DNA of 64,000 nucleotides from a virus (Duplodnaviria; Caudoviricetes), in IMG/VR virus record IMGVR_UViG_3300020049_016712, positions 22,006-86,005 of that record, one strand, 5' to 3'. This document shows positions 18,955-28,612 of this stretch, in pieces. The notes under the pieces are model-generated. The model had not been told where the DNA came from. It did no database searches and saw only the letters and a program-made list of their open reading frames with translations. Both the position numbers and the translations under genes were made by a program. The stretch's first letter is position 1; each line of letters begins with the position of its first letter.

Positions 18955-19120
18955 GGAGACCCTAACATACCGGCTGCGGCCGGAACGCCCGGCCGGGTGG
19001 GTCAGACCCCGGCGCCGAGTGGCAGCGCGGAGGTCCACCGCCCAAAAGGGACACTTCGACCGCACGGACAGGCAAGCCAGGGGCTATAGTCCGCGCCAAC
19101 CTAAGAACGGAGCAAATCAA

Positions 19121-19366
19121 ATGACCATCAAATTCAATCTTCCAGCAGGGCTCTTCGGAGCCCTCAACATCATCACCAAAGTGCGCGCCCTCGGTGCTTT
19201 CACCGAAGGCTGGCTCGAGGTCGAGGGACCCGAGGCCCTTTATGGGCGCGCGCTCAACATCGAGCAAAACGGCCAATGGGTCGAGTTGCCGAAAACCTTC
19301 CTGGGATGGAAGGGGGAGGTCGTAGGGATGACCCAGGGTTCAGGGTGGGAGGAAATCTCACTCTAG
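19121..19366 (+). CDS. Hypothetical protein (81 aa)
   Basis: Start revised to ATG 19121 after the leader AACGGAGCAAATCAA. Confidence 0.7.
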   Translation: MTIKFNLPAGLFGALNIITKVRALGAFTEGWLEVEGPEALYGRALNIEQNGQWVELPKTFLGWKGEVVGMTQGSGWEEISL

Positions 19367-19386
19367 GGCCCTGGGCCTTTTTGTTT
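19365..19386 (+). terminator. Probable terminator between converging genes
   Basis: Short AGGGCC/GGCCTT stem followed by a T-rich tract. Confidence 0.45.
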
Positions 19387-22300
19387 CTAGAGTCCCCTGC
19401 GCGGAGGTCGGCTAACCAGAATCGAATCCTCGTCGTCTCCAGGCTTGGCAGGCACGGATTTCTGAGTTCCGTTTTTGGCCTCGGTGGCCCGAGCAATGCG
19501 CTCCAAATAGGAATTCTGCTTTTCGAGAGCATACGCCACAGCGTCTGTTCCTTCAGGAAGCGCAGAAGGCACCAGGACCGGCCTGGATTTGTCATCAATA
19601 GTTGGAGTCGAATTGTCCGACAAAGTCGTTTTCAGACCGGTCTCGCGCTCGATACGGGCCTTCTCGGAACGAGCCTTCTGCGCGTCCTTGGCCGCTTGTT
19701 TTTTCTCTTCCTCGGCGGCGCGCTGATCGGCTCGCTGTTGCTTGAACTGCTCATCGGTCGACTCAAAGGACGTGGTATCAAACCCGCCCGTGGGCGCCTG
19801 AATGGGTCCGAGTTCGTCTTTGAGGTACTTGGATCGCTTATCCAACTCGGCATTCTGATTGCGAATCTCCTGCGTCTGGTTCTGCAGGGCAGTGGTCTGG
19901 TTCACCACCGAATTGACCAAATCCCGAGCATCGGTTACCTGTTTGCGCTTCTCGGCAGAAATGCGGGTTTCGTATTCGGTCTGATTCCGAGCCTGTTCCG
20001 CATTGGTCGCACCGATGTTGGCCGCCTCTTGTTCGAGTTTGTAGCTTTTCGCGCGCAAACCAGAAAGCTCTTTGATGCCTTTGGCCTCGGCCGCAGTTCG
20101 CTCTTTGCTCAAGTTTTTGAGTTCGGCCTGTTGTTGAGCGGCTGGCTTGCCAGACTCTTTGATGATACGCTCGCGCTCTTCGAATTCCTGGCGAATAACA
20201 TTCAGACGCTCCTCGGCCGCGTCTTGCTCGGTTTTCAGGGCCTTCTGAGCGGCTTCCACTCGAATCTTCTGCGCCTTTTCGGACGCCAGGCGCGCATCCT
20301 CGGCAGACTCGTTGCGAATCCCTTTCAATGTGTTGTTTAAGTCTTGCTCGATAACTGCCAGTTTGTCGTTTAGTTGACGCTGCAGTTCGGCGCGCTTACT
20401 GGGATCTGCCTGAACTTCATCTTGGAACTGCCTTCGAGCACCGGTTTTTTCGGACTCTGCATTTAGCCGTGCCTCCTCCTCGGCAGCCTCCCTGCGTTTC
20501 GTAATTTCTTTTTGGATTTGCCCGATAACGTCTTCGCCGCGTTCCAGTCGTCGTTCCAGAGCCTTGATTTCGATGTCTGCCCCATCGATAATCTCTTGTT
20601 TCAGCCCTTTCTGGATTTCGCGACGGCGGTCATTGAACTCTCTCTCTAAGGCCAACCGCTGGTCAACAGACTCTTTGACGGCCTCAATTTTCTCAAGTTC
20701 GTAACGGCGCTGTTCCTCGACGGTCAAATCCTCGCGCGCCAGAATCTCGTCAATGACTTTGATTCTCAGGCCGAGAACCTCTTTGCCGGCGGCCTTCTCT
20801 TTTTCAACCCGGAATAAAGCGGCATCGATAGCCTGTTGCTTCTCGTATTTGGCGACTTGGACTGCCAGTTTGCGTCGTTCTTGAAATGCCTTCTTGTATT
20901 CCTCGGAGGTCTGGTCGAGCTTTCCGATAATCGCATCAAGAGCATTCAGTTCGGCTCGCGGATTGAGGAATTCTCCAGCCGATGTGGCGTTTTTGAATTC
21001 CTCGTAAGCCTTTCTGGCGCGCTCGAACTGCTTGGCCTGCTCCTCTGCGGCCGCCTTGGATGCTTCCGCCAGCGGTCGCGTTGCAGAGGTTACCTTGAGC
21101 ACCTCGACACGCTGTTTGACGTACAGGTCAATCGCGCGCTGCTGGAAATCGAGTTGTGTCTGCAATTCAGCATTACGTTTGTTGAACTCAGGACCTTTGA
21201 CAATACCAGCTCTGTATCGCAAACTGAGCTTGTTGATTTGCTCCTGAGTCTTGCGCTCTTCCTCCTGGTAGTAAAAGATTTTCTCGCGCAACACAGCCGA
21301 TTCTTTGAGGGAATCGTTATACGCCTGGTCGGGACGCTGGCCGGTGGACTTGATGGCGTCTTGAATCGCTTTCGCGGATTCCGCACCTTTTGTCTTCACC
21401 GAGTCCAGGACCTTATCGAGCCGCAGAGCCTCCTCTGTGGTTTGTCCCACAGCCTTGGTCATTTTCTCCTGATAGGCATTCGCGGCTTCGTCTGCGGCAA
21501 TTTTTGCCTCGTACAGTTTTACGGTAATCAAAGCCACGGCGGTCGCAACTGCAACAAGAGGAAGAGCAGCAGAGGCCATCGCCGCGAACCCTCCGGCCGC
21601 CCCTGTAGCGGCTGCTCCCGCTCCCGATAATCCGGTTGCTGCGGCCACGGCCGCTTCTCCGGCCGCTAGAACATTGGCCTCTGCGATAAGAGCAGCGCGC
21701 GAAACCGTGGTTGCAGCTACCGCTTCGGCCTGCATCGCAACAGTGGCCGATCCGATGGCTCCCACCAGAGGGGAGAATAGCGCGATCAAACCGGAAACAC
21801 CGGCCCCAACTGTTGCCAACGTCGTCCCAAACAGGAGCGATGTCGCGATGATGCTTTTGGTGGTTGGTCCAAGCTCGTTGAATTTCGTGACCAGCTCGGT
21901 CAGTTTCGACACGATGGGCCCTACAGTCGGAACCAGGGCTTCGCCGAGGGATGCGGAGAGCTTGAAAATAGCGTCCTGAAGGTTGGATGCCTGACCCGCG
22001 ATGGTCTTCATCCGCTCTTCCATGGCGTTGTCGAAGCCTTTTGCTTTTGAGAATTTCTCAATAGCTTGAAGAGCCTTCTCGACATCTTTGGAGGTTTTCA
22101 GCGATACCGAACCGGCTTCTCCAGACGCCGCTCCATACTCAATCAGCGTCTTGCGCGAAATACCGAAGGAGTCTGAAAGTCTTTCAATACCTTGCTGGGC
22201 ACCAGAAGCAACTTGCCCAACTGCCGCAGCGGCGTCGGGAATATCCCGATTGAAAATGGCGGCAAGGTTGCCAGCAATAGGCAAGAATCTGTCTACTTCG

Positions 22301-22647
22301 GCGCCCAGGCTTCGCAGTTTAATGCCAGCCTCGATGACTCCAGGCAACTCAAACGGAGTCTTGGTCGCGAAGTCTTGAAGTTTTTTAAACTCCTGTTCGG
22401 CCGCACCTGCAGATCCCGTGAGGGCGCGCAACGCGGCCTGATAATTCTGAACCTCGGCGGCCGCGCCAATGAAGGTTTTGAGAATTTTTCCGCCCGAATA
22501 GGATAGTCCCGAAAGGGCAATTGAGGCCTTCGTTGCTCCGTTCAGGATTTCTCCGGTCATCTCGGAGGCAGCCTGCCGAGACTGCTTGAGCGCGTCATTA
22601 AACTGCCTGGTTTGCAGTTCGAGCGCGATTTGTAGACGGTTAGCCAT
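19387..22647 (-). CDS. Tape measure protein
   Basis: 1086 aa, Ala-rich and helical; TPFELPGVIEAGIKL tape-measure N-domain; hydrophobic middle; long coiled coil. Confidence 0.92.
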   Translation of the reverse strand: MANRLQIALELQTRQFNDALKQSRQAASEMTGEILNGATKASIALSGLSYSGGKILKTFIGAAAEVQNYQAALRALTGSAGAAEQEFKKLQDFATKTPFELPGVIEAGIKLRSLGAEVDRFLPIAGNLAAIFNRDIPDAAAAVGQVASGAQQGIERLSDSFGISRKTLIEYGAASGEAGSVSLKTSKDVEKALQAIEKFSKAKGFDNAMEERMKTIAGQASNLQDAIFKLSASLGEALVPTVGPIVSKLTELVTKFNELGPTTKSIIATSLLFGTTLATVGAGVSGLIALFSPLVGAIGSATVAMQAEAVAATTVSRAALIAEANVLAAGEAAVAAATGLSGAGAAATGAAGGFAAMASAALPLVAVATAVALITVKLYEAKIAADEAANAYQEKMTKAVGQTTEEALRLDKVLDSVKTKGAESAKAIQDAIKSTGQRPDQAYNDSLKESAVLREKIFYYQEEERKTQEQINKLSLRYRAGIVKGPEFNKRNAELQTQLDFQQRAIDLYVKQRVEVLKVTSATRPLAEASKAAAEEQAKQFERARKAYEEFKNATSAGEFLNPRAELNALDAIIGKLDQTSEEYKKAFQERRKLAVQVAKYEKQQAIDAALFRVEKEKAAGKEVLGLRIKVIDEILAREDLTVEEQRRYELEKIEAVKESVDQRLALEREFNDRRREIQKGLKQEIIDGADIEIKALERRLERGEDVIGQIQKEITKRREAAEEEARLNAESEKTGARRQFQDEVQADPSKRAELQRQLNDKLAVIEQDLNNTLKGIRNESAEDARLASEKAQKIRVEAAQKALKTEQDAAEERLNVIRQEFEERERIIKESGKPAAQQQAELKNLSKERTAAEAKGIKELSGLRAKSYKLEQEAANIGATNAEQARNQTEYETRISAEKRKQVTDARDLVNSVVNQTTALQNQTQEIRNQNAELDKRSKYLKDELGPIQAPTGGFDTTSFESTDEQFKQQRADQRAAEEEKKQAAKDAQKARSEKARIERETGLKTTLSDNSTPTIDDKSRPVLVPSALPEGTDAVAYALEKQNSYLERIARATEAKNGTQKSVPAKPGDDEDSILVSRPPRRGL

Positions 22648-23261
22648 TAGCCCGCCTTGCTAGGCCAGGGAAGCCGTTGTGCGTTCTCCACCATGCGCCA
22701 ATAGGGGTCCATAAACTCGGCGGCCGCGTCATCGTTGTTCAGCCCGGCCTGACGGTCGACAATGAAGCGACGATCCGACTCCTTCAGGGCACCAACCTCT
22801 TCGATTTCCCAACCTGTAGCATTCGCGCACAACACCATGCCGATAGCAATCACCTTGGCGAGCGAATCCTTGAACTCGGTCACGTCTTCTTCGCTTTCGC
22901 GATCCATCGATTCCGCGAATACCTGTAGTTGAGTCCCGAGGTCGGCTGCGGCAATCCGCATGCGAGTCCATTGCTCAAGCGCCTCGCCCGACATGCGAGT
23001 CAACACAACCGACTTTCCGGCAACATGGATTAGCTCAGTGGCCGGGTTCTTGTCGGCGATCTCGCCATGCATCAAACGAGCAAGCCAGCCAATGGCGCCA
23101 AAACTGCGAGGGTCGGACGGGTCGACAACCGGAACATCCAGTTCCCCCTTCTGGTAATCCAATGGCGGAACTTGCTGGGATAGCGGAATCCTCCTGGTCG
23201 AAGCCTCGCGGAGAACGTTTCGGGAACGGTGAGCTTGACGTTGGAATTGTCTAGCGTTCAA
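22647..23261 (-). CDS. Probable tail assembly chaperone
   Basis: Position between tail tube and tape measure; acidic and helical. Confidence 0.55.
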   Translation of the reverse strand: MNARQFQRQAHRSRNVLREASTRRIPLSQQVPPLDYQKGELDVPVVDPSDPRSFGAIGWLARLMHGEIADKNPATELIHVAGKSVVLTRMSGEALEQWTRMRIAAADLGTQLQVFAESMDRESEEDVTEFKDSLAKVIAIGMVLCANATGWEIEEVGALKESDRRFIVDRQAGLNNDDAAAEFMDPYWRMVENAQRLPWPSKAG

Positions 23262-23270
23262 GTTCTCCCC

Positions 23271-25118
23271 CTAGCTGTAGTTCGAAACCGTGTTGAACAC
23301 CCTCAACTGAATATCGGTTCCGGTCGTATTGTCCTTGAAGGCCGACCAGGTTACGGTTTCGATGATGCGGCCACCGCCCGAGGGAACGGGAGCGTCGGCA
23401 TCTCCAGCGCGACACCGGTAGACGTCGAAAATCGTCATGAACGGGAACGCGTCGGCCTTGATTCCGTGGTCGGTAACGTTGGTGTCGGAGGTCGAGTTGA
23501 TGGATTCTCCATACGAGGAGACCTGCAGGCTGAACTCGGTTCCATTCTGAACTTTTTCGAAAAAGTCCAGGTCCACTTGCTGCCGCGTGAACTGGCCCGA
23601 GATGCGCCTGAAATCGTTGTCTTGAATATTGCGAGCCTCGGCTACTCCGCACAGACCGAAGACGTGTTCCAAGCCGTTCTCGCCCGAAATGGAAAGCGAT
23701 TCAATATCGCAAGACCCGGTTCCGTCGATGGCTGCGATGGCTCGCGCACCAACGATGGGCTCGTAAACGGTGACCGAGCCAGAGGGCTTAGCCACTTTGA
23801 CCGCGCGCAATGCCAAGAGGCCAAACGCGATGGAAGTGATTTCGTTCACGCCACCAATCGTATATTCGAACGTGTCCATCCGGCATCCCTCGGCCCGCTT
23901 GGCGAAAGACACGTCCTGATCGTAGGTGGCCGAGAACCCGGGAAGGTCGGCAGAACCGGCCGGCAGAGTAAAGGTGTGCTCGTAAATCGAGTCGGTGAAA
24001 GCGTCCACGGCGGCGTCTTTGGCCTGGCCGTAATCGACCGAGCTTGAGGCTGTTCCCAGTACGAAAAACGCGAACTCGTGAGTTCCGGTCGGGCCTGCGT
24101 CAGAACGATAGACGATAGTACCGTAATAGGTGAAGTCGTCGGGCAAAGTCAATCCAGTTGGGTTAGTCCAGGAGATGGCCACGCGACCGCCGCTCGCCGC
24201 AGTTGCGGTCGACGAGGCGGAAGAAGCTGGCGTGATCACGTATTTCGGTTCGGTGGCATCGTCGTATGGATCCCACTTCCAGACTCCGGCCACTCTCCAG
24301 GTGTAGTCTCCTGCGGCCGCGTTCCCGGTGGCACCGAAAGCGTCGAAAACAACCGCTGCGGTATCGACCTCGACCGAAGACGAAAGAGCCGCAGACACGG
24401 AGAACCTGACCCAATACAGGGCCGGGAGCGAGCCGAGCGCCAGCATTTTCCAGCCGGAAGGCCTGGTCAGTTCCACGGTTCCGGTTTGCGCCAGCGTTGC
24501 ACCACCCGATACCGTGCCATCGGCGGTAATCGTCATGGTCTGCCACTCATCGCCGTCCCAGTATTGGGCCGCCAGCGTGGATGCATTGGAGTTGACGTTG
24601 GCCGTCATGGTCAGCGTCACATCGTCGAACTTTTGCGAATGCCCGACATAGAAATAGTCGCCATTCGCAGCCGTGCTCAAACTGTCCAACGGCGCGTTGC
24701 CGGAGCCGGTAACCTCGGTCAGATAAGAGGTGAAGGTCGCTCCGTCATCGGTAGTAACCGCGAACCCGAGAGGGCTGGCCGAGTTCGGACCAGAGGCTGG
24801 GGTCATCGACGGAGCCGTGGAAATCAGATCTCCTAGCGCGGAAACGGAGTGACCGGAAGAACCGCCATTCCAGTAGAAGAATGGCAGACCGAGCGCGACA
24901 CCATCGTTTTCGCTGGTGAACGTGCCCTCGGGAGTCTGAGCAGCATTGGTTGCCTGCAGAATGGTTCTCGAGGCTGCCAGGGCGTTCGACTCAATCAGTT
25001 CGCGCGGAGCCGAGAGGTTTCCCTCGGTGAACTGAATGAAAGTCGTGGCAGCCGCACCGGTCCCGTAAGTCGACTCAGTGGCAAACCCCAGAAATGCTCT
25101 TTTGCCTTTTCCGCTCAC
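23271..25118 (-). CDS. Major tail tube protein with inserted accessory domains
   Basis: N-terminal FLGFATESTYG...FIQFTEGNL tail-tube signature; central insertion includes the shared 140-aa module. Confidence 0.8.
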   Translation of the reverse strand: MSGKGKRAFLGFATESTYGTGAAATTFIQFTEGNLSAPRELIESNALAASRTILQATNAAQTPEGTFTSENDGVALGLPFFYWNGGSSGHSVSALGDLISTAPSMTPASGPNSASPLGFAVTTDDGATFTSYLTEVTGSGNAPLDSLSTAANGDYFYVGHSQKFDDVTLTMTANVNSNASTLAAQYWDGDEWQTMTITADGTVSGGATLAQTGTVELTRPSGWKMLALGSLPALYWVRFSVSAALSSSVEVDTAAVVFDAFGATGNAAAGDYTWRVAGVWKWDPYDDATEPKYVITPASSASSTATAASGGRVAISWTNPTGLTLPDDFTYYGTIVYRSDAGPTGTHEFAFFVLGTASSSVDYGQAKDAAVDAFTDSIYEHTFTLPAGSADLPGFSATYDQDVSFAKRAEGCRMDTFEYTIGGVNEITSIAFGLLALRAVKVAKPSGSVTVYEPIVGARAIAAIDGTGSCDIESLSISGENGLEHVFGLCGVAEARNIQDNDFRRISGQFTRQQVDLDFFEKVQNGTEFSLQVSSYGESINSTSDTNVTDHGIKADAFPFMTIFDVYRCRAGDADAPVPSGGGRIIETVTWSAFKDNTTGTDIQLRVFNTVSNYS

Positions 25119-25468
25119 TAGCTTTTACCGCCTTTCGAGGTTTTCGCGCCGGCCTTTGCACTGCTCTTGGCTTTCGGCTCGGGATCAGCTTTCGGTTCCG
25201 GTTTTGACTCTTCGGCTTCTCGCACCGATTTGAAGTCTCCCTCGAGAACCTCGAAACCGACCTTGGTTCCGTCGTCGAGAACGGAGAACGGCCGAGCCTT
25301 TTTCATCGCGATGGCCAGGTGCGTGGCGAACTTCTCGGGCTTCCCGTATCGGGTTACGACCTCTCCGACACCTCCAGGGAGGTTGACGATCCGCACATAA
25401 GCGCCCCCTGGATTGTTGGGACCAGGGTGCAAAACGCAGAGAACCGCTTGATTTTTCTTCTTGGCCAT
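25118..25468 (-). CDS. Hypothetical virion-module protein (116 aa, Lys/Pro-rich tail)
   Basis: SD GAGG; follows a late motif. Confidence 0.65.
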   Translation of the reverse strand: MAKKKNQAVLCVLHPGPNNPGGAYVRIVNLPGGVGEVVTRYGKPEKFATHLAIAMKKARPFSVLDDGTKVGFEVLEGDFKSVREAEESKPEPKADPEPKAKSSAKAGAKTSKGGKS

Positions 25469-25495
25469 GTTGAAAAACTACCTCGGTAACCCGAT

Positions 25496-25522
25496 TTCCG
25501 CGCATGCGGAACGGGAACCTTT
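25496..25522 (-). promoter_or_regulatory. Late-gene motif
   Basis: Minus strand AAAGGTTC-CCG-TTCCGCATGCGCGGAA. Confidence 0.7.
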
Positions 25523-25524
25523 GG

Positions 25525-26541
25525 CTAAGAGACAGGGCCTTGAGTCTGGCCTCTGATGGTCAGATTAATCCCGAAGCACGATACTCGAAGATTCGGATCG
25601 CCTAGCGGATGGTCCAAATCGTCTTCGATTGCCTCGATCAGGGTGGATTCAATCTCGGTGAATCCATTAACTCCAAGTTGCGGCGCAAATCCGGTGCGCG
25701 CAAACGGGTCGACGAACCGCTTCAACGCCCTCAGAGTGCGCTCGTGATGGTCCTGGCCCGGAACCTGAACCGCGTAATAGCGAATCTCGTAGACATACTC
25801 AGCATTCGCTTTGCAGGCACCGATTGTTGCAGAATTAGAATTGCCCGAAACAGCGCGCAGGGTGGCTTTGGGTAATCTGGTACGCGGCAGAGACGGATAA
25901 ATCAAATCCTGAGTTGGGCGCCCTGTCCAACCCCAGGAAACCAGACCGAGCGGACTCACCACCGATGAACTCAGGAATGTAATGAGCGCGTCGCCAACCT
26001 CCTTGAGTTCCGACTCGTGGAATCCGGTGTCCCCCTGGTCTGTTCCCGACGTGCCCGAAACAGAACGTGTCTCCTGCACCTCAATTTCGAAATCGGCGCG
26101 CGCGACATGGCACCAAACTCCATCCACCAGTTCGCCGTATCCGATGGTCCCGAAACTTGGCAGGCCATGCGTGTTGCAAACTCCTCCGAGCGTCCTGTCA
26201 CCAGTTTCCAGATCCTCGGAAATAGCGTCGATGATATCCTGGAAATCGTCCTCGGTGAGATACTCGGAATCGTGACTCAGATACCCTGCCAGTGCCACCC
26301 GGAATCGCGTCACGATGACATCATCAGACTCTTCATGGTCGGTCGCCGTGCGGCCCATCCTGGTGATCTCCCAGAAATGCACGGTATCGGTTCCCGCGCC
26401 TTCATCCTCGCCGAACAACGTGCGCCAATCGCGCGAGGTCGGGGAACCGTCCGTCCATTCCTGGCGAGAATGGCACTGCGTTCCCGAGGCGGCAGCAATG
26501 CGAGCCGCCAGAGCCGTTCGGATAGCTGACCAGTCAGCCAT
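25525..26541 (-). CDS. Tail terminator-like protein, possibly two tandem domains
   Basis: Position after the neck gene; ETGDRTLGGVC-type motif; length about twice the usual. Confidence 0.6.
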   Translation of the reverse strand: MADWSAIRTALAARIAAASGTQCHSRQEWTDGSPTSRDWRTLFGEDEGAGTDTVHFWEITRMGRTATDHEESDDVIVTRFRVALAGYLSHDSEYLTEDDFQDIIDAISEDLETGDRTLGGVCNTHGLPSFGTIGYGELVDGVWCHVARADFEIEVQETRSVSGTSGTDQGDTGFHESELKEVGDALITFLSSSVVSPLGLVSWGWTGRPTQDLIYPSLPRTRLPKATLRAVSGNSNSATIGACKANAEYVYEIRYYAVQVPGQDHHERTLRALKRFVDPFARTGFAPQLGVNGFTEIESTLIEAIEDDLDHPLGDPNLRVSCFGINLTIRGQTQGPVS

Positions 26542-27030
26542 TTATCCCAGCTCCTTGAGCACTTCGATTTCCAGCCTGGAACGCAGGAGTCGACCGATCT
26601 TCGGCAACTGTGCATCAGCCGTTTTCTGCACGAACTTTTGCCCAGGAGTTGGCGTGTGCGCCTTCTTGCGCGAGATAGCAAACGCAATGCCGCGCGCCGC
26701 GATGGGGTCGGGATTGATTTTCAGTTGAACCCATGGCACCAGAGCGTAAACCGGAACGGGAGCGGCGCGTCGACCGAATTCAACAGGTCTGAGCCAGATC
26801 GGATCCTTTGTTGAAAAAACTTCCCAGGCCAGCAATCCGGTTTTTCGGATGTTCCAAGAGTTCTGCAGGGAGTCGCTCGACGGACTGGCGCCAACCGGTG
26901 TTGCGAATTGAATATCATGCATCAATCCAAGAGCCGCATCTTCAATAGGCCTGTCTAACCGATTCTCGACGGCCTTCAGCGGTTTCTTGAAAAAGTTTCC
27001 TACCGCCCTGAACTTCGCTTTGATGTCCAC
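26542..27030 (-). CDS. Neck or head-tail joining protein (HK97 gp10-like)
   Basis: TPVG...LQNSW...VEFGR...TPGQKFV pattern. Confidence 0.7.
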   Translation of the reverse strand: MDIKAKFRAVGNFFKKPLKAVENRLDRPIEDAALGLMHDIQFATPVGASPSSDSLQNSWNIRKTGLLAWEVFSTKDPIWLRPVEFGRRAAPVPVYALVPWVQLKINPDPIAARGIAFAISRKKAHTPTPGQKFVQKTADAQLPKIGRLLRSRLEIEVLKELG

Positions 27031-27040
27031 ATGCTAGGAA

Positions 27041-27056
27041 TTCCGCGCAGGCCGAA
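27041..27056 (-). promoter_or_regulatory. Late-gene motif (partial)
   Basis: Minus strand TTCGGCCTGCGCGGAA, 10 nt before the GTG start. Confidence 0.6.
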
Positions 27057-27131
27057 GACCTCCCTTACTTCGCACAAACAAAAGCCTAGAAGGGGCCAAC
27101 CGGCATAGGGGATGCCTTTTCCCACAGACAC

Positions 27132-27563
27132 ATGGGCTCGGTTGCCGGATGGTATCGGCTTCGCGTAGGAATGGATGGGGTGAGCTTAGAACTCATGAGC
27201 ATGGACAAACTAGAGGTCATGACAATCATGTTCCGGCGCATCGGCGGCGCCTTCGAGGCCTGCATGGAATGCGGATACGTGCTTACCGTCAAAGAATGTG
27301 ACGGGAACCCGCTGAAATTCAGATTCTCCATCCACGAACCCAACGGGCAAAAGCGGGGTGGAATCCTCGAGTTTACTGAGGAATCAACTCCCTCAGAAGT
27401 CGAGTTCGCGTTCGACGAGTTGGCCAAATGTGTTTCCTCGGTAATTGGGAGAGGCAATCGCCTGGTTCGGGACCGCTTCATGGATAGAGTCCGGTCTGGG
27501 TGGGTTGTGCGAGGTAACCCATCCAACTTCTCGCAACGGTTCAGACCGGAAACCTCATTCTAA
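27132..27563 (+). CDS. Hypothetical protein (opposite-strand insert)
   Basis: Plausible globular composition; start uncertain. Confidence 0.5.
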   Translation: MGSVAGWYRLRVGMDGVSLELMSMDKLEVMTIMFRRIGGAFEACMECGYVLTVKECDGNPLKFRFSIHEPNGQKRGGILEFTEESTPSEVEFAFDELAKCVSSVIGRGNRLVRDRFMDRVRSGWVVRGNPSNFSQRFRPETSF

Positions 27564-27623
27564 GGGAAAACCCCAGAACCGAGATCCCGGGGCCTTCAAT
27601 AGGGGTTTTGTGCGAGGTAACCC
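27561..27623 (+). repeat. Dispersed intergenic repeat, copy A
   Basis: Aligns with the minus strands of 38200..38267 and 57394..57463. Confidence 0.65.
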
Positions 27624-27666
27624 TTCAACCGAACCGGATAGAATCCTTCGTAGACAGGAATAGAAG

Positions 27667-27981
27667 ATGCTGCAAATATGGAAGTTCAACCTCAGTAGCG
27701 AACTCAACTTCTCGGTGGTCGAGTTGGAATTGCGGCCCGAGAAGAACAACCCGCGCGACCGGCTGCAAGTGAACATGTTCGTCGAGGAGTGCAGGTCCAT
27801 AATCGAGACCTTTGCTATACCCGGTATCGTTGATGATTTTTCAGGATACGAGTTGGCATCGTTCAACATTTCGGTCAACTGCGATGCGATGAGCTTTGCG
27901 CTCGAACTCGGAATCGTTTGCGGTGAAACTGTCGGGGCGGTGCGTGATGTGCATGCCAGAATCACGCGCGGGTACTTCTAG
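27667..27981 (+). CDS. Hypothetical protein (104 aa)
   Basis: ATG ORF downstream of repeat A; converges on 27984. Confidence 0.55.
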   Translation: MLQIWKFNLSSELNFSVVELELRPEKNNPRDRLQVNMFVEECRSIIETFAIPGIVDDFSGYELASFNISVNCDAMSFALELGIVCGETVGAVRDVHARITRGYF

Positions 27982-27983
27982 CC

Positions 27984-28241
27984 CTATTCGAGCCGGACCA
28001 TCCATCTTTGAACGTAACCTTCCAGGTCTCCCGTTTCGCTAACATGGTTAGGATCAAGAGTCGCCAACTCGAGTTCCTTCCCGCATTGTACGCATCCCAT
28101 GGTCACACGGGTAAATTTTTCCAGATAAGCAAGGGCCGAAATCGAGGTGGCGACTAAACGGCAATGGTCGCACCTGATGCGGATCCAATGCCCGGCCATT
28201 TGAGCCATGGTAATGACGGCATCCTGCTCATCTTTCGTCAT
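27984..28241 (-). CDS. Zn-ribbon protein (85 aa)
   Basis: Start revised to MTKDEQ (ATGA overlap); CDHC and CVQC. Confidence 0.65.
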   Translation of the reverse strand: MTKDEQDAVITMAQMAGHWIRIRCDHCRLVATSISALAYLEKFTRVTMGCVQCGKELELATLDPNHVSETGDLEGYVQRWMVRLE

Positions 28242-28612
28242 TCGAACACCGTAGCTTCGATGTCCGGCCTGCGCGCCCACTCGCCCGGACTGACGCATTC
28301 CCAGAATTCCAGGATTCGGATGGTATCGCTGTGCATGGTTGGACCAGAGGCGCAACATGGCAGATTGGGCGGGTCGCCCCAGCCGATGTGGTCGGGCCTG
28401 GAGGAGAGGCGAGGATTCTGTTTCTCGGGCAGGTGGAAACGCGGTTGCCACTCCTCGACCACGCGAAACCGGTGACCGCAGTTCCCGCAGGCAATCTGCA
28501 CTAGAGCCACCTCTTGCGAGTAAACTCCGCACTCGGATGGGGAGAATTGGCAAAAGCGCGGATACCCGTCCGAGGTCCACCAGGTTGGGCTTCCTCTAGC
28601 CATTCCAGACAC
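28238..28612 (-). CDS. Cys-rich hypothetical protein
   Basis: CGNCGHRF plus further Cys; overlaps both neighbours. Confidence 0.6.
   Translation of the reverse strand: MSGMARGSPTWWTSDGYPRFCQFSPSECGVYSQEVALVQIACGNCGHRFRVVEEWQPRFHLPEKQNPRLSSRPDHIGWGDPPNLPCCASGPTMHSDTIRILEFWECVSPGEWARRPDIEATVFE

Noticed and set aside
19276-21630. Plus-strand ORFs of 354 and 264 aa opposite the tape measure
   Set aside because: Shadow frames of a codon-biased gene.
22647-23261. Programmed frameshift in the tail assembly chaperone
   Set aside because: A single ORF fills the tube-to-tape-measure gap and no slippery heptamer was recognised.
27505-27623. Possible mini-CRISPR array
   Set aside because: Only two 16-bp repeats with an 87-bp spacer; no cas genes or further units.
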